Assembly: GCF_009914755.1 (NCBI RefSeq)
Contig: NC_060930.1
Direction: 5' to 3' (one strand)
From: the human T2T-CHM13v2.0 reference genome, Homo sapiens
Length of the DNA: 64,000 nucleotides
This document shows, one piece after another, positions 12,633 through 40,347 of the stretch (position 1 is the first letter of the stretch; every line of letters begins with the position of its first letter). The notes under the pieces are model-generated. The model did no database searches and was not told where the DNA came from. It saw only the letters and a list, made by a program, of their open reading frames with translations. The position numbers and the translations under genes are program-made.

Positions 12633-13951
12633 TAGTGGTGACAGGTTTCACCGTGTTGGCCAGGCTAGTCCTGACCTCAGGTGATCTGCCCACCTCGACC
12701 TCCCAAAGTGCTGGGATTACAGGCTTGAGCCACCACGCCCAGCCTTGTTGCAGGACTCTTATTAACCCTATTTGTCCATGAGACCCAGAGACATAAAGGC
12801 GGGAGTTTGGGTTTTTTGTTTTGTTGTTTTTTCAGGCAGCCCTCTGAACCAAAATGGGTTCAGAGAGACTCCCTGGAGGTTGGGTTTGATCTCAGACTTT
12901 GTCTCCAGAGCACATGCTTTTACCCACCATTGTGTTATCCTACCTTCCAAGCTTGCGTGAGGCTGAAGTGTCTTATGTACTTGTAGTTTATTCAAAGGAT
13001 AAAGTGGTAAAATGCCCTCATAGTGAAAAAGTGAAAGGTCTGTGCATGGCAGTAAAAAAGTGCCAATGTGACCTTGGTCTGGCCGGTAGCTGGTCAACTC
13101 AGGAAAGAGTCAGCTCCCAGAGACCCCTACTCAGTTGTAAGGCTTGTCTTGGGATTGCCCCAGCTTTACTCAGAGAGGAATGTTGTAGTGAAGGTGACTC
13201 CATCCAACAATTTAGTCAAACCTGCTTGCTTGAATCAGGCCCTCTCAAGTACCTCCTCCCTTCATTACTCTATTCTCCTTTGAGATACTGGGAAGGAAAT
13301 TTAGCAAATAGCTGGTCTAAGCCATCAGCTCTCAGATCCACTCTATAGATTAAGATATCTGGATCACATGGAAATATTTGTCTAAGTTGATACCAGGGAC
13401 AGACCCAACCATGGTCTGCCCCCAGGAGGTGCTCAGTCAGGATTTACTAATAAACAAACAAACCATCATCTAGTATTAAGGACTGATGATTGTCACTAGG
13501 ATCCAGCGATAACTTGACTTAAAGTTCTATTTGCCAGAATATTCAGGGTTATTGACATTCAAGGGAACTGACTGACGCTAGCCAAAGTCACACGAGACTG
13601 ATAGGTAAGCTAGAATACCTGGGACATTGATTTTTCCAGTGAGTAGTGAATTCTTGTTCCTCAGCCTAAGGCACTTCCTGGTACTAAGGTGCAGATGCAG
13701 ACTAAACAAGATGATTACCCAACATGAGCCAGAGGGTCAGAACCTGGTGAGGGAAGTTTCTCCAGGGCCCTGCAGAAGCCACTGAGCTATCCGTGCCTTG
13801 GGTGGATTTAGGAATTTTGAAAGTGTGACTTAGGCCGGGTGTGGTGGCTGACGCCTGTAATCCCAGCACTTTGGGAGGCCGAGGCGGGTAGATCACGAGG
13901 TCAGGAAATCGAGACCATCCTGGCTAACACGCTGAAACCCCGTCTCTACTA

Positions 13952-14551
<600 letters not shown>

Positions 14552-14998
14552 TCATTCCGCCAAACATATTTATTGGTGGCCAATTTTGTGACATCAATGT
14601 GCTAAGCACTGGGGTAGTGGTGAACAAAAGTTAGGTCCCTGTCCATGTAGTTTAGGGTCCAGCTGAGAATACCAACATTTAATGAGACATCACAATGAAA
14701 TGTGCTGAGAGTCATGGAACAGAGACACCTAATCTAGTGGGAGAGAAAGCAAAGCCCTTTCTAACAATGTGAAGTTTATGATGAGAACTGGAGAATGAGT
14801 AGAAATTAGCCCCGTAAAAGAATGGGGGCGAAGAGGCTTACTGTTTTATACAAATTGCTTCCAATAGCAGAAAAATGCTTCATGAGATAATTACCTAGAT
14901 ACAGAGTTATAACCAACATTAAAAACAAAACAAGCGGCCAGGCGTGGTGGCTCACGTCTGTAATCCCAGCACTTTAGGAGGCCGATGTGGGCAGATCA

Positions 14999-15315
<317 letters not shown>

Positions 15316-15327
15316 TTATAAGACTTA

Positions 15328-15633
<306 letters not shown>

Positions 15634-16086
15634 TCAAAAAAAAAAATTAATATAACCTCTATAACAATATTAGACAAAGACAGTGAAAGAAAGGAAAGCT
15701 ATAGGCTAATCTCACTGACAAACATACCTGGAAAAATCCTAAATAAAAGTTTTGCAAATGAAACCAAGCTGTGTGTGTGAGCATGTGTGTGTATTTGTGT
15801 ACAATGCTAACTTGACAATGAAAAATAAAAAATCCATAAATAATGACTTATTTCACTTAGCATAATGTTTTTGAGGTTCCTCACCGTTGTAGCATATAAT
15901 GTATCACTACCACATTCCTTTTTTTTTTTCTTTCCTTGAGACAGGGTCTTACCATTGCCCAGGCTGGAGTGTAGTGGTGTGATCATGTTTCACTGTAGTC
16001 TCCGCCTCCTGGGCTCAAGTGATACTCCAACCTCTTGCCTTCCGAGTAGCTGGGACCACAGGCACGAGTCACCATGTCCGGCTAAT

Positions 16087-17725
<1,639 letters not shown>

Positions 17726-17804
17726 CTAATTTTTTTATTTTTTTATTTTTAGTGGACATGGGGTCTCCCTATGTTACTTACCTAGCCTGGTCTCAAACTC
17801 CTAG

Positions 17805-18032
<228 letters not shown>

Positions 18033-18439
18033 TGAATAATACTCCATTGCCTGTACAGATCACAATTTATTTATCCATTCATCAGTTAGTGGGCATTTGG
18101 GCTGTTTTCACCTTTTGGCTATTATAAATAATGTTGCTATAAACATTTGTATACAAGTTTCTGTGTGGATATATATCTTCATTTTTCGTGGGTATATACC
18201 TGGGAGTAGAATTGCTGGATCATCTCATAGATAAACAAAGCCAGACACTAGCTAAAGTGGTAAGGACAGGACAGGCACAGAGGCTCACGCCTGTAATCCC
18301 AGCGCTTTGGGAGGCCGAGGCAGGCGGATCACTTGAGGCAAGGAATTCGAGACCAGCCTGACCAACATGGTGAAACCCCATCTCTACTAAAAAACAAAAA
18401 TTAGCTGGGCATGGTGGTGCACACCTGTAATCCCAGCTA

Positions 18440-18547
<108 letters not shown>

Positions 18548-18556
18548 TCAAAATAA

Positions 18557-18587
<31 letters not shown>

Positions 18588-18991
18588 AGTGGTAAGAACA
18601 GATTTTAATCAGTGACATATTATTGCAATAGGGAAAAGAGCCTAGCTTGAACTGAACTCAACTTTGATTTGTAGAGATAACTGGGCATTTTAAAGCAAGA
18701 ATGAAAGAACAGAGAGGGTGAGTGGGGACTCAATGACGTCAGAGAAGTGACAGATTACAAAAAGTGGGAAGGGGGTTGGTCTGTGTTAAGCCCACCTGGC
18801 CTTGTTAGCTGGGGCTTATCATTAGGCTCCTACACTCTCACAGCAGCTGGGAAACAGGGGCCTTACCTTCATCTGTGGGCTGGAACAAACAGTACATTCT
18901 TTTGGCAGCCTTGAGTTCTCTCAGTCAGACACTTTAAAGGGCATTAGGGTCATCCTAGAGATGTGGCCTTGAACTGTTAGAAACTATGTTA

Positions 18992-19540
<549 letters not shown>

Positions 19541-20664
19541 TAGCCAGGATGGTCTCGATCTCCTGACCTCGTGATCTGCCCGCCTCAGCCTCCCAAAGTG
19601 CTGGGATTACAGGTGTGAGCCACCGTGCCCAGCCCCTGGTTATCTTTTTGTACCTTTTGAAATATATGTAAATATGCTGGTTTTGCAAACATTAAATTAA
19701 TAATAAAAGCCATGCCATAGCAGACTACATCATATATAGGTATATAACCAATAAAGAATTACTGTCTAGAATTTACAAAGAACTCCACAAATCGATATGA
19801 AAAAGACAACCAACCCAAGAGAAAAAAAAATTTAAATATAGGAAAGACAATCCCTCAAAGAGAAAATAGAAAATGCAAATTAATACTGACATTTTGGGCT
19901 TCAAAAAAAAGCAAATTAAAATAACGACAAGGGCTGGGTTCAGTGGCTCACGCCTGTAATCCCAGCGCTTTGGGAGGCTGAGGAGGGTGGATCATGAGGT
20001 CAGGAGTTCAAGACCAGCCTGGCCAAGATGGTGAAACCCCATCTCTACTAAAAATACAAAAATTAGCCAGGTGTGGTGGCAGGTGCCTATAATTCCCGTT
20101 ACTCAGGAGGCAGAGGCAGGAGAGTTGCTTGAACCCAGGGAGGGGGTGGGGGCGCAGAGGTTGTAGTGAGCTGAGATCATACCACTGCACTCCAGCCTGG
20201 GCAACAGTGAGACTCCGTCTTAAAATAAATAAATAAATAAATAAATACATACATACATACATAAAATAAAATAACGATGAGGTGAAAAAAATAAAATTAA
20301 TAAAATTAAAAATAAAATAATAAAATAACAAGGCGACATTCATTAAATTGGCAAAGACAGGTTTGGGAATATCAGATGTTGCTGAAGCTCCAGGGCAACA
20401 GGGACTTTCTTCTAGTGGATGGGAGCGTAAACCAGAAAAACCACTGTGGAGACCATTTGGCAATATCTAGTAGAGTTGATAATACAACTCTACTTATGAG
20501 CTTATACCCAGCCTCTCCCACATTTGCTCAAGAAGGCATGCAGAAGTATGTTCATTGCAGCATTTTTTAATATAACAGTATATAAAGTAATTGGAAATAC
20601 TTTAAAATCCATAAACAGAAGAATGGATACATTATTTGTGATATATTTATATAATTGAATATTA

Positions 20665-21190
<526 letters not shown>

Positions 21191-21643
21191 TCTACAACAT
21201 AAAATGAGCTAACTGGGTCTAAATATTTCAAAAAGAAAAAAAAACAAAAAACATCAAAATATAAGACTCAAAAATATGAAGTTCATCAGAAAAAGAAGGC
21301 AAGTTGTAGAACACATAGAATATCCTCCTATTTAAAATTTGGTACAGCATGATGACTATAGTTAATAACAATGTATTGTAGGCGCGGTGGCTCACACCTG
21401 TAATCCCAGCACTTTGCAAGGCTGAGGAGGGCAGATCACCTGAGGTCAGGAGTTCGAGACCAGCCTGGCCAATATGGTGAAACCCCATTGCTACTAAAAA
21501 TACAAAAATTAGCTGGGTGTGGTGGTGCGCACCTGTAGTCCCAGCTACTTGGGAGGCTGGGGCAGGAGAATCTCATGAACCCGGAAGGCAGAGGTTGCAG
21601 TGAGACGAGATCACACCATTGTACCTCAGCCTGGGCGTCATAG

Positions 21644-21754
<111 letters not shown>

Positions 21755-21816
21755 TGAGACCATCCTGGCTAACACGGTGAAACCCCGTCTCTACTAAAAA
21801 TACAAAAAAAAAATTA

Positions 21817-22038
<222 letters not shown>

Positions 22039-22577
22039 TCACCACAAAAATGGTAATTATGTGAGGTAATGCATATATGTTAATTAGCTAGATTTAGTCA
22101 TTCCAAGTTTATATATGCTTCAAAATAGCATGTAATACCTATGGAAACTAAGAATTAGGCTGGGCACAGAGGCTCACACCTGAAATCCCAGTGCTTTGGT
22201 AGGCCAAGGCAAGAGGATTGCGTGAACCCAAGAATTTGAAACCAGCTTGGGCAACATAGGCAGGCCATGTCTCTACAAAAAATACAAAAAATTAGCTGGG
22301 AGTGGTGGCTGGAGCCTGTAGTCCCAGCTATAGGCTGAGGTGGGAGGATCACTGGAGCCCAGGTGTTTGAGACTGCAGTGAGCCTTGACTGTGGCAGTGC
22401 ACCCCAGCCTGGGAGACTTGTCTCAAGAAAATACTGAAAATAAAAATAAAAAAGCAGGCCAGGCGCGGTGGCTTACGCCTGTAATCCCAGCACTTCGGGA
22501 GGCTGATGTGGATGGATCACTTGAGGCCAGGAGCTCAGGAACAGTCTGGACAACAAGGAGAAACCCCATCTCTATCA

Positions 22578-22700
<123 letters not shown>

Positions 22701-22998
22701 CTACTGCACTCCAGTCTGGGTGACAGAGCTAGAATTTGTCTCAAAAATAAATAAATAAATATTTAATAAATAAATAATCAAACCAAAACCAAACCATCAT
22801 GTCCTATATGATAAATATGTAAAATTTATCTGTCAGTTTAAAAATAATAGGCTGGGCACATTGGCTCATGCCTGTAATCCCAGCACTTTGGAAGGCCAAG
22901 GCAAGTGGATCACCTGAGGTCAGGAGTTTGAGACCAGCCTGGCCAACATAGTGAAACCCTGTCTCTACTAAAAATACAAAAATTACCTGGGCGTGTAA

Positions 22999-26390
<3,392 letters not shown>

Positions 26391-26874
26391 TAGCTATTCT
26401 ATGTAGTTTTCTACTTAAGTATGTCATAATTTCAAAAGAGAAAAAGAGAAGGGAGAAAATTGTTCTAAGCTTTCAATGTGAAGGCCTGGCACTTTTAAAG
26501 AATAACAGCTTCTGTGGCCAGACTTTTAGTATCAGTATGGACTTTCCCTGGAGAAGTCCAGCCAGATGGGCAGACTGGGCAGATGCTTATACTGATTAGC
26601 TAGATTTAGCTAATGGGCAGAGCCGTCACAATGCACTGGTTGAAATGGTGCAAAAAAATAATGTAAGGCTTTTTTTTTTTTGGTACAGGATCTGGCTCTG
26701 TTGCCTATGCTGGAGTACAGTTGCTCAATCTTGGCTCACTGTAACCTCCGTTTCCTGGACTCATGCCATCCTCTCGCTTCAGCCTTCTGAGAAGCTGGGA
26801 CTACAGGAATGCACCATCACACCCGGCTAATTTTTGTATTTTTTGTAGAGATGGGGTTTCACCGTGTTAACTAG

Positions 26875-28238
<1,364 letters not shown>

Positions 28239-28552
28239 GTCTCTAACTCCTGCGCTCAAGCAATTCACCCACCTCGGCCTCCCAAAGTGTTGGGATTACA
28301 GGCATGAGCAACCATGCCCAACCTGTAAGGCCTTTTTAAAAAAATATAAAATCAGATATGAAGTTTTCTTTGGACTGGGCGTGGTGGCTCACGCCTGTAG
28401 TCCCAGCACTTTGGGAGGCTGAAGCACGTGGATCACCTGAGGTCAGGAGTTCGAGACCAGCCTGGCCAACATGGTGAAATCTCATCTTTACTAAAAATAA
28501 AAATAAAAACTATCCAGCCGTGGTGATGGGCGCCTGTAATCCCAGCTACTCA

Positions 28553-29242
<690 letters not shown>

Positions 29243-29307
29243 GAATGGAAGTCCCCTTTCTATTTGTTTGTTTTAAAAAATAAAGTCAGGCCGGGCGCGG
29301 TGGCTCA

Positions 29308-29499
<192 letters not shown>

Positions 29500-29505
29500 T
29501 CAAAA

Positions 29506-29554
<49 letters not shown>

Positions 29555-29574
29555 AAAAAAATAAAAAATAAAGT

Positions 29575-29744
29575 CAGAGTTTCTGCTATATTGCCCAGGC
29601 TGGAGTTCAGTGACTATTCACTGACGAGATCACTGTGCACTATAACCTGGAAATCCTACAGTCTTGAACTCCTGGACTCAAGGGATCCTCCTGCTTCAGC
29701 CTCCAGCGTAGCTGGGACTACAGGCACGCACCACCACATCAGGC
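29575..29744 (-). repeat. Fossil Alu monomer (FAM, 7SL-derived)
   Basis: Monomeric. Retains the 7SL-like segment gactattcactgacgagatc that dimeric Alus lack. Confidence 0.6.
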
Positions 29745-30079
29745 TCAGAAGATCACTTTTAATTAGCAAACGGCTCACTAGCAAGATTTGAAAAACTTCA
29801 AAAAGCTAAGTATAACTCTCAAATCGAATGCATTTTTACTTTGCACATACTGTTCTCAAGATTCTGGCATCCAAGAAAAAAAAAATAATACTTCTCCTAG
29901 GGCTAATAAATTTGTAAAGACTTGCTATTACATGACTTGTTTCAAATGTTTGCAGCATATTGTTTATATAAATTATAATGGTTTCCGTGAAATTTAATAA
30001 TGGTTCAAAATTTGTATCATTTGAGATAAGTGAGGCATCAGTGAATTTACTATGCTTTTCCCACGTTGTGTTATATTCA

Positions 30080-30247
<168 letters not shown>

Positions 30248-30758
30248 TTAAAAATAGGCCGGGAGCAGTGGCTCACACGTGTAATCCCAGCACTTTGGGA
30301 GGCCGAGGCAGGCGGATCACGAGGTCAAGAGATTGAGATCATCCTGCCCAACCTGGTGAAACCCCGTCTTTACTAAAAATACAAAAATTAGCAGGGCATT
30401 GTGGTTCGCACCCGTGGTCCCAGCTACTCAGAAGGCTGAGGCAGGAGAATCGCCAAGATCACGCCACTGCACTCTGGCCTAGGCGACAGAGCAAGACTCC
30501 ATCTCAAAAAAAAAAAAAAAAAAAAATAGAAACACAGTGGCTCACACCAGTCAGTAATCCCAGCACTTTGGGAGGCCAAGGCAGGTGGATCACGAGATCA
30601 AGAGTTCGAGACCAGCCTGACCAACTTGGCAAAACCCCATCACAAAAAACAAACAAACAAAAAAACTCTCGGCAAAACAGAGCAAGGCTCCATCTCAAAA
30701 AAAAAAAAAAAAAAAAAAATTAGCCAGGCGCGATGGCGGTTGCCTGTAATACCAGCTA

Positions 30759-30912
<154 letters not shown>

Positions 30913-31066
30913 CTATACCCTAAAAAGCTCAGGAGAATATACAGTTGAGGCTGGGTGTGATGGCTAACGCCTGTAATCCCAGCACTTTGGGAGGGCGAGG
31001 CAGGTGGATCACCTGAGGACAGGAGTTTAAGACCAGCCTGGCCAACATGGTGAAACCCCATCTCTA

Positions 31067-31399
<333 letters not shown>

Positions 31400-32747
31400 T
31401 GAGTAGCTGAGACTACAGGTGCCCGCCACCACGCCCAGCTAATTTTTTGTATTTTTAGTAGAGACCGGGTTTCACCATATTGGCCAGGATGGTCTTGATC
31501 TCTTGACCTCGTCATCCGCCCGCTTCGGCCTCCCAAAGTGCTGGGATTACAGGTGTGGCGCTCATGTATTTTGTAATATATTTTCTTTTCTTCTTTCTTT
31601 TTTTTTTTTTGTGTGTGTCTGTGTGTGTGTGTGTAGAGGCATGGTCTAAATATGTTGCCTGGGCTAGTCTCAAACTCCTGGGCTTAAGTAATCCACCCAC
31701 TTTAGCCTCCTAAAGTGTTGGGATTACAGGCATGAGCCATTGTGCCCAGCCTGTTATAGACTTTAAAATAAATTTGTTTATGTATTTGCTTATACCCTGC
31801 ACACCCTAAGTGCAGTGTAGCCTCAACATGTCCAAGCAGAGCCCTTGACCTTCTCCACAAAACTCCTCCTCTTTTGGTGCCTGTCTCCCTGTGACTGACT
31901 TTGCCAGCCACCCAGTTGCTCAAGCCAAAAATCTGACATTCTCCCTCCAACTACCTTCTCTGCTCGCCCCACCCATTTCATGTCTTATCCATCTCCAGGT
32001 CCTGCTGGTTCTGCCTGTTAAGAACCTTCCACATCTCTGACCTCTCTGCATCTTCACAACTACACTTTTGTTCAGGTCCTCTTGCCTCTTGCCTGGATGA
32101 CTACAGTGGTGTCCTAACTATCTTTCCTCATCCTCACCCAATTACTGCCAATCTATTCTCCATTTTGTAGCTAGCGTGTTCTTTCAAAAATGCAAATACC
32201 TTCACATCACTGCCTAAATTAAAGAGCACCCCCTCTCATTGCTGAAGTGTAAAGTCCCATGATCTGATATGTTCCCTTATCAACTAACAAGGGCCCTACA
32301 GTTAAGAAAACCAAAGTTACTTCTGGCTGGGAGTGGTGGCTCATGCCTGTAATCCCAGCACTTTGGGAGGCTGAGGCGGGTGGATCATGAGGTCAGGAGT
32401 TCAAGATCAGCCTGACCAACATGGTGAAACCCTGTCTCTACTAAAAGTACAAAAAATTAGCTACGCATGGTGGCGGGCGTCTGTAATCCCAGCTACTCAG
32501 GAGGCTGAGGCAGAGAATTGCTTAAACCTGGGAGGCGGAGGTTGCAGTGAGCCGAGATCGCACCACTGCACTCCAGCCTGGGCGACAGAGGGAGACTCCA
32601 TCTCAAAAAAAAAAAAAAAGAAAAGAAAAAAAGAAAACTAAAGTTACCTACAGGTAGAGGGTTCAGAGTCTGGCTGGCATGGCAAATTTCTAAATTCCTA
32701 TGGCTATAAGAAAAGCCATAGTCTTACTATAAACTCTCTAACAATAG

Positions 32748-32984
<237 letters not shown>

Positions 32985-34224
32985 TAGCTGGGACTACAGG
33001 TGTGCCACCATGCCCGGCCAATTTTTTTTGTATTTTCAGTAGAGATGGGGTTTCACCATGTTGGTCAGGCTGTTCTTGAACTCCTGACCTCAGGTGATCC
33101 ACCAGCCTTGGGCTCCCAAAGTGCTGGGACTACAGGCGTTAGCCACCATGCCTGGCTGAATGTGATCGCCTTCAATGATGGCAGCACCCCTACATTTTAC
33201 ACAGGACCACCAGTAGGGTGGATAGGTGAGCGGCCTGTAGGTGGAATGAGAAGGGCAGTCCCTTTCTTTTCCTTCTTTTTTTAGTAGAGAAGTGGTCTCA
33301 CTATGTTGCCCAGGCTGATGCTGAATTCCTGGTCTCAAGCAATCCTCCCACCTTGGCCTTCCAAAGTGCTGGGATTATAAGGGTAAGCCACTGCACCAGG
33401 CCAAGCAGTCACTTTGACATAAAGAAAGTCCATCCCTTGACCAGCACAGCTAACCTGGGAGAGCAGAAGGTCAGCACATCAATTGAAGAGAAGAGAGGAC
33501 ATTAATGGGAAGAGCCTGTTGGGTTGTGGAACAACCTTCCTGAAAGCTTTGAGAGGAGATAGGCAGAGCTATTCCCAGAGGACAATCTGGCATGTAGCAC
33601 AGAGGCTGTGGAGTGGATGGGATGACTTTCCTGGGTGCCAGTGAAGCATGTGGCGCGACACCATCAGTGAGGGACACACAGGACGAAGGACTCCTTTGAC
33701 TACCTGCCACTCTAAGGTAACAGAGATACCACCACAGTTGGAACACAAAGAATGGGGGCGGGGGAGCCATCACTAGGACCCACACATACAGCTCAAGCTT
33801 AAGGGTCAAAGTGGACCAGCCGGTAGCCCAATCATGTGCGATCCATAAAAGAAATACCTCTCTGCTAGCAGAATTGATCCTACAAGGCTACAGAACCCCA
33901 TGAGCGCCCAATGGGAGCGAGTTCTCTGCTGGCACAGGCTGGCCCTTGGCTCTGTAGAGTGACTTAGGAAATTTCAAGGAAGATACTCCAAAGTGCAGAG
34001 TCCCTTCAAACACAGGGTCCGAGGCAGGGCCCAGGCCACTCAGGCTACTCCACGGTACTCTGTGGAGGCATAGCAACAATGTCTAGGCTGGGTGCAGTGG
34101 CTCATGCCTGTAATCCCAGCACTTTGGGAGGCCATGGAAGGCAGATGGCTTGAGTCCAGGAGTTTGAGAAATAACAGTGGCTTAAACAAGAGACAAGTGA
34201 ATTTTTCCTGTAAGCAAATTCTGA

Positions 34225-34578
<354 letters not shown>

Positions 34579-35600
34579 TGAGATTAGAGGTGTGAGCCAC
34601 CACGCCCGGTGAAGCTTGTGGTTCTTCTATTCTCAACAAATGGCATGGTTTGACGGGGAAGGGCATACTCCTTCCTTTAGGGCTCTCCCTGAAATGTGGA
34701 TATATTACTTCCATTTGTGCTCTATTGGCCAGAGCACTGTCCATTGCCATACCTAGTCTCAAGAGAGGCTGGGAGTTGAGATCTTTTTTGGTGGCCATGT
34801 GTCTTGCAAAAAAAAAAATCTAGGGTTTATTAACACGAAAAGATTGGAGAAACAATACTGGGGGGAAACTAACAGCCTCTATCAAAGGCTCAGTGTCAGT
34901 ATCAGTATTATGCTCAGCTGTGAGAGGCTGGACCAAGGTTGAGAGCCTGAGCCACAGCACCCTGTGTGGGCAGGACACCCCTGGGCAGGCCTGTAGCACT
35001 CGAGGTGGCCGGGCAGAAAACCTTGCCCTGTGGGGATCTCTATAGCAGATGGTGGCAAACTGCATGATGCAGAAGAAAAGGAGTGTTTACTCTTTTTCCC
35101 CATGTTGCCCAGGCTGGTCTTGAATTCCTGGGCTCACTCCAGCACAGACTTTGCCCCTGTAAACCTTCACCCTTCCCCATCCTGGAAGTAGGGAATCCCG
35201 ACCAACTGACAGATTTGTAGGAGACTCCTGCTCCTATCCCCAGGGTAAAGCCTTCATGGTCTGCCCCCTCCTACCCATCCCGCCAGCCTCAGCTCCCCAG
35301 ACTGTTCCGTGCTGCAGCCCTTCTCAGTTCTGCACACTTGATGAGCCCGGCTCTGGCCTGTCGTGCCCTGCTGCTGCTGCTCAGGGATACGTACAATTGT
35401 ACAGACTGTGCTAAGAACTTCACATGCATGATCTCTTTTAGTTTTTGTCGCTGCCTCTCTGCTCATCTGTACTCCTCACTGGGCAGGAACTTTGAGAAAT
35501 GGAGGCCCACATCTGTTGTGTTCACTGCTGTAATCCCAGCAAGCAGCATGGTGCGGCACCTTCACAGGGCCTCTGGCTCCAGATCGTTGGCACACAGTAA

Positions 35601-35759
<159 letters not shown>

Positions 35760-36313
35760 TAGAGGCCCGCCACCACGCCCAACTAATTTTTATATTTTTA
35801 GTAGAAACGCGGTTTCACCATGTTGGTCAGGCTGGTCTCGAACTCCTGACCTCATGATCCGCCTGCCTCACCCTCCCAAAGTGCTGGGATTACAGGCGTG
35901 AGCCACTGCACCCAGCCATAAGTGTTTCTTATGTTGAATTTGCAGCTTGTATAAAAATGAACCAAGACATTATGAAATACAGTCACTTTTTTTTTTTCCT
36001 TTTGTGACTAATTTTTCTTAAGGAGCAGTGATCAGGGAAAGGAAGATGTTTCCCTAGAACTCCTCTAGAGGGCATATCTTCCCTGGATCTTTGACATTGA
36101 TTTTCGGAGCGGTAATGGATCTTACACAAGGAGTGGCCATCCCCTAGGAGGCCTGTCCACGCAGATGGAGGGTGTGGTGGTGCTGAGTGATGTCTCCCTG
36201 GCAGCTTGGACTGGAGACCCTAGAGGGAGGTCTTCATGTCCAAAGGCAGGGATCTGGAAGAAGGGGAATGTGTGTGCACAGACTGCCCCCTGCCCTTTTT
36301 TTTTTTTCTTTGA

Positions 36314-36499
<186 letters not shown>

Positions 36500-36616
36500 T
36501 AGTCTTGAACTCCTGGGCTCAAGCAATCCACCCACTTTGGCCTCCCAAAGTCCTGGGACTACGGGCATGAGCTACTGTGCCTGGTCTAGACTCCCCCTTT
36601 TTTTTTTTTTTAATGA

Positions 36617-37239
<623 letters not shown>

Positions 37240-37939
37240 TGATAATAAAATATAGAAAAGCACAATTCTTTATTTTAACCCCACCTCTCGCTCACTTAAA
37301 TGACCAGTTATTTCCAAGTCTGGATCTGAAAATTTCTATTATGAGAGACTCTCCAGGACCTTCATTCAGTTCCACGTGTAGTTGTGACATTGTGTGATAT
37401 TGGCACACGGTTGGAAATAACACTTGTGTAGCAGTTTGAGATGAAATATAGGCAATGCCTGGCTTCTGAAAGTGCCTTCAGGCCTGATGTTACACAAGCA
37501 TTCTCAGCCCAACTTGCCTCCCCTCCTATTTCTATCTCTACCTTTAGCTGGGTATTTGGATAGTTCAGGGGAAAAAGGGGTAAAGATGAGATGACAAAAG
37601 ACACCCCAGCCGCTGGGCCCAGCACTTTGGGAGGCTGAGGTGGGTGGATTACTGAGGTCAGGAGTTCGAGACCAGCCTGGCCAACATGGCAAAACCCTGT
37701 CTCTACAAAAAATACAAAATTTAGCTGGGCATGGGGTGCAGGCTTGCAGTCCCAGCTATTTGCGGGGGGAGGGGAGCTGAAGCAGGAGAATAGCTTGAAC
37801 TTGCAAGGTGGAGTCTGCAGTGAGCCGAGATTGTGCCACTGCACTCCAGCCTGGGTGACAAAGTAAGACCCTGGCTAAAAACAAACACACACAAAAATAT
37901 ATCATTATGCATTTCTGAAAGCAAATGTGCTATAATACT

Positions 37940-38337
37940 GCTTTGATCTGAATGTCCCCCAAAATTCATATGTTGACATTTAATCTCAACTTTGGTGGTA
38001 TTAAGAGGTGAGGTTGTTTGGGAAGTAATTAAGTCATGAGGACTCCACTCCCATGAATGAATTGAGGGAAAGGGCTGGAGGGAAGGGCTGGAGGGAACTA
38101 GCTTCGGCCCTTTTTTGTCCTTCTACCATGTGAGGACACAGCATTCATCTCCTCCGGAGGATGCAACAACAAGGCTCTATGTGAAGAAGGAACCAGGTCC
38201 CTCACCAGACACTGTACCTGCCGGCACCTTGATCTTTCACTTCCCAGCCCTCCAGATCTGTGAGAAACACATTTCTGTTGTTTATAAATTACTCTGTCTC
38301 AGGTATTTTGTTATAGTAGCACAAACAGACTTAGACA
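37940..38337 (+). mobile_element. MaLR solo LTR (MLT1A/MST group)
   Basis: tgaatgtcccccaaaattcatatgttga at the start and ggtattttgttatagtagcacaaacagacttagaca at the end. Confidence 0.8.
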
Positions 38338-38621
38338 AATAACGTTTTATGTTTACAACCCATAGGAGGAAAATTCTGGATTTGGAATCTATCTTGGCAA
38401 GATAATACATAGATATGATTATAAGAAAATCAGTGAGGTCATAAACAGTGGCTTACCAACATAGGTTGGTATACAAATATAACTTCACATAACAAATATA
38501 GTTGACTTGAAGTAAACAAACACAATCTACTATAGCATTCTGACAAATGTAGTTTCCTATAACAAATAATCAAAGCCTTAAGTTTCAGGTTACAGTTTTC
38601 AGAGTTAGTAGTAGCCAATTA

Positions 38622-38747
<126 letters not shown>

Positions 38748-39307
38748 TCATTAAAAATTTTAAAATATTGGCCAGGAGCAGTGGCTCATGCCTGTAATCT
38801 CAGCACTTTGGGAAGCTGAGGCAGGCGGATCACTTGAGATCAGGAGTTCCAGACCAGCCTAGCCAACATGGTGAAACCCCCTCTCTACTAAAAATACAAA
38901 AATTAGCCTGGCATGGTGGTGCACACCTGTAATCCCAGCCACTTGGGAGACTGAGTCAGAGTCGTTTGAACCTGGGAGGCAGAGGATGCAGTGAGTCCAG
39001 ATCGCACCACTGCACTCCAGCCTGAGTGATAGAGTAAGACTCTGTCTTAAAATAAATAAAAAAAAATTATTTAAAAAAAGAAGTAGCCTATCTCAGAGGC
39101 TACGCGACTTTATTACAGTTTTAAAAATGGAATGGTAGGCCAGGTGCGGTGGCTCACACCTATAATCCCAGCACTTTGGGAGGCTAAGGCGGGCAGATCA
39201 CGAGGTCAGGAGTTCGAGACCAGCCTGGCCAATATGGTGAAACCCCGTTTCTACTAAAAATGCCAAAATTAGCTGGGCATGGTGGCGGATGTCTGTAATC
39301 CCAGCTA

Positions 39308-39436
<129 letters not shown>

Positions 39437-40046
39437 TCATGCCTGTCATCCCAGCACTTTGGGAGGCTGAGGCGGGTGGATCAGGAGGTCAGGAGATCGA
39501 GACCATCCTGGCTAACATGGTGAAGCCCCATCTCTATTAAAAATATAAAAAATTAGCTGGGCGTAGTGGCGGGCGCCTGTAGTCCCAGCTACTTGGGAGG
39601 CTGAGGCAGGAGAATGGCATGAACCCCGGAGGCAGAGCTTGCAGCAAGCCGAGATTGCGCCAGAGCCAGACTCTGTCTCAAAAAAAAAAAAAAAAAAAAA
39701 AAGACTCCATCTCCAAAAAATAAAAAATTTTAAAAATGGAATGGTAGTTACCTTTGCTAGAGACTGAGCATGCATAAAAGTAATCTTAAATAACTTTTTC
39801 GCCTTTGGCCAAATGTTGGTTCATTGTGATTTGGAGTCTACCATTACTATAACTGTATCTGTACCTATACCAATATCTGTACCTGTACCTATACCTACAT
39901 ATGTACTTATACCTATACCATCTGTCCTCCCCTGAAAGACCTCATCAAAGTTCTCATCTTGCAATGTTTCCTGTTAAATATCATCATGACTACTTTTAAC
40001 CTATTTGAATCAAGGCTGAGTTACAGCCTTTTAAATTTTTGAATAA

Positions 40047-40172
<126 letters not shown>

Positions 40173-40347
40173 TAGCTGGAATTACAGGCACATGCCACAA
40201 TGCCCGGCTAATTTTTTTTGTATTTTTAGTAGAGATGGGATCTCACCATGTTGGCCAGGCTGGTCTGGAACTCCTGACCTCAAGTGGTCCTTCTGCCTTG
40301 GCCTTCCAAAGTGCTGGGATTATAGGCATGATCCACCATGCCTGGCA

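Noticed and set aside
39850-39920. Degenerate hexamer array (tacctg/taccta)
   Set aside because: Ordinary decayed simple repeat with no spacers or other structure.
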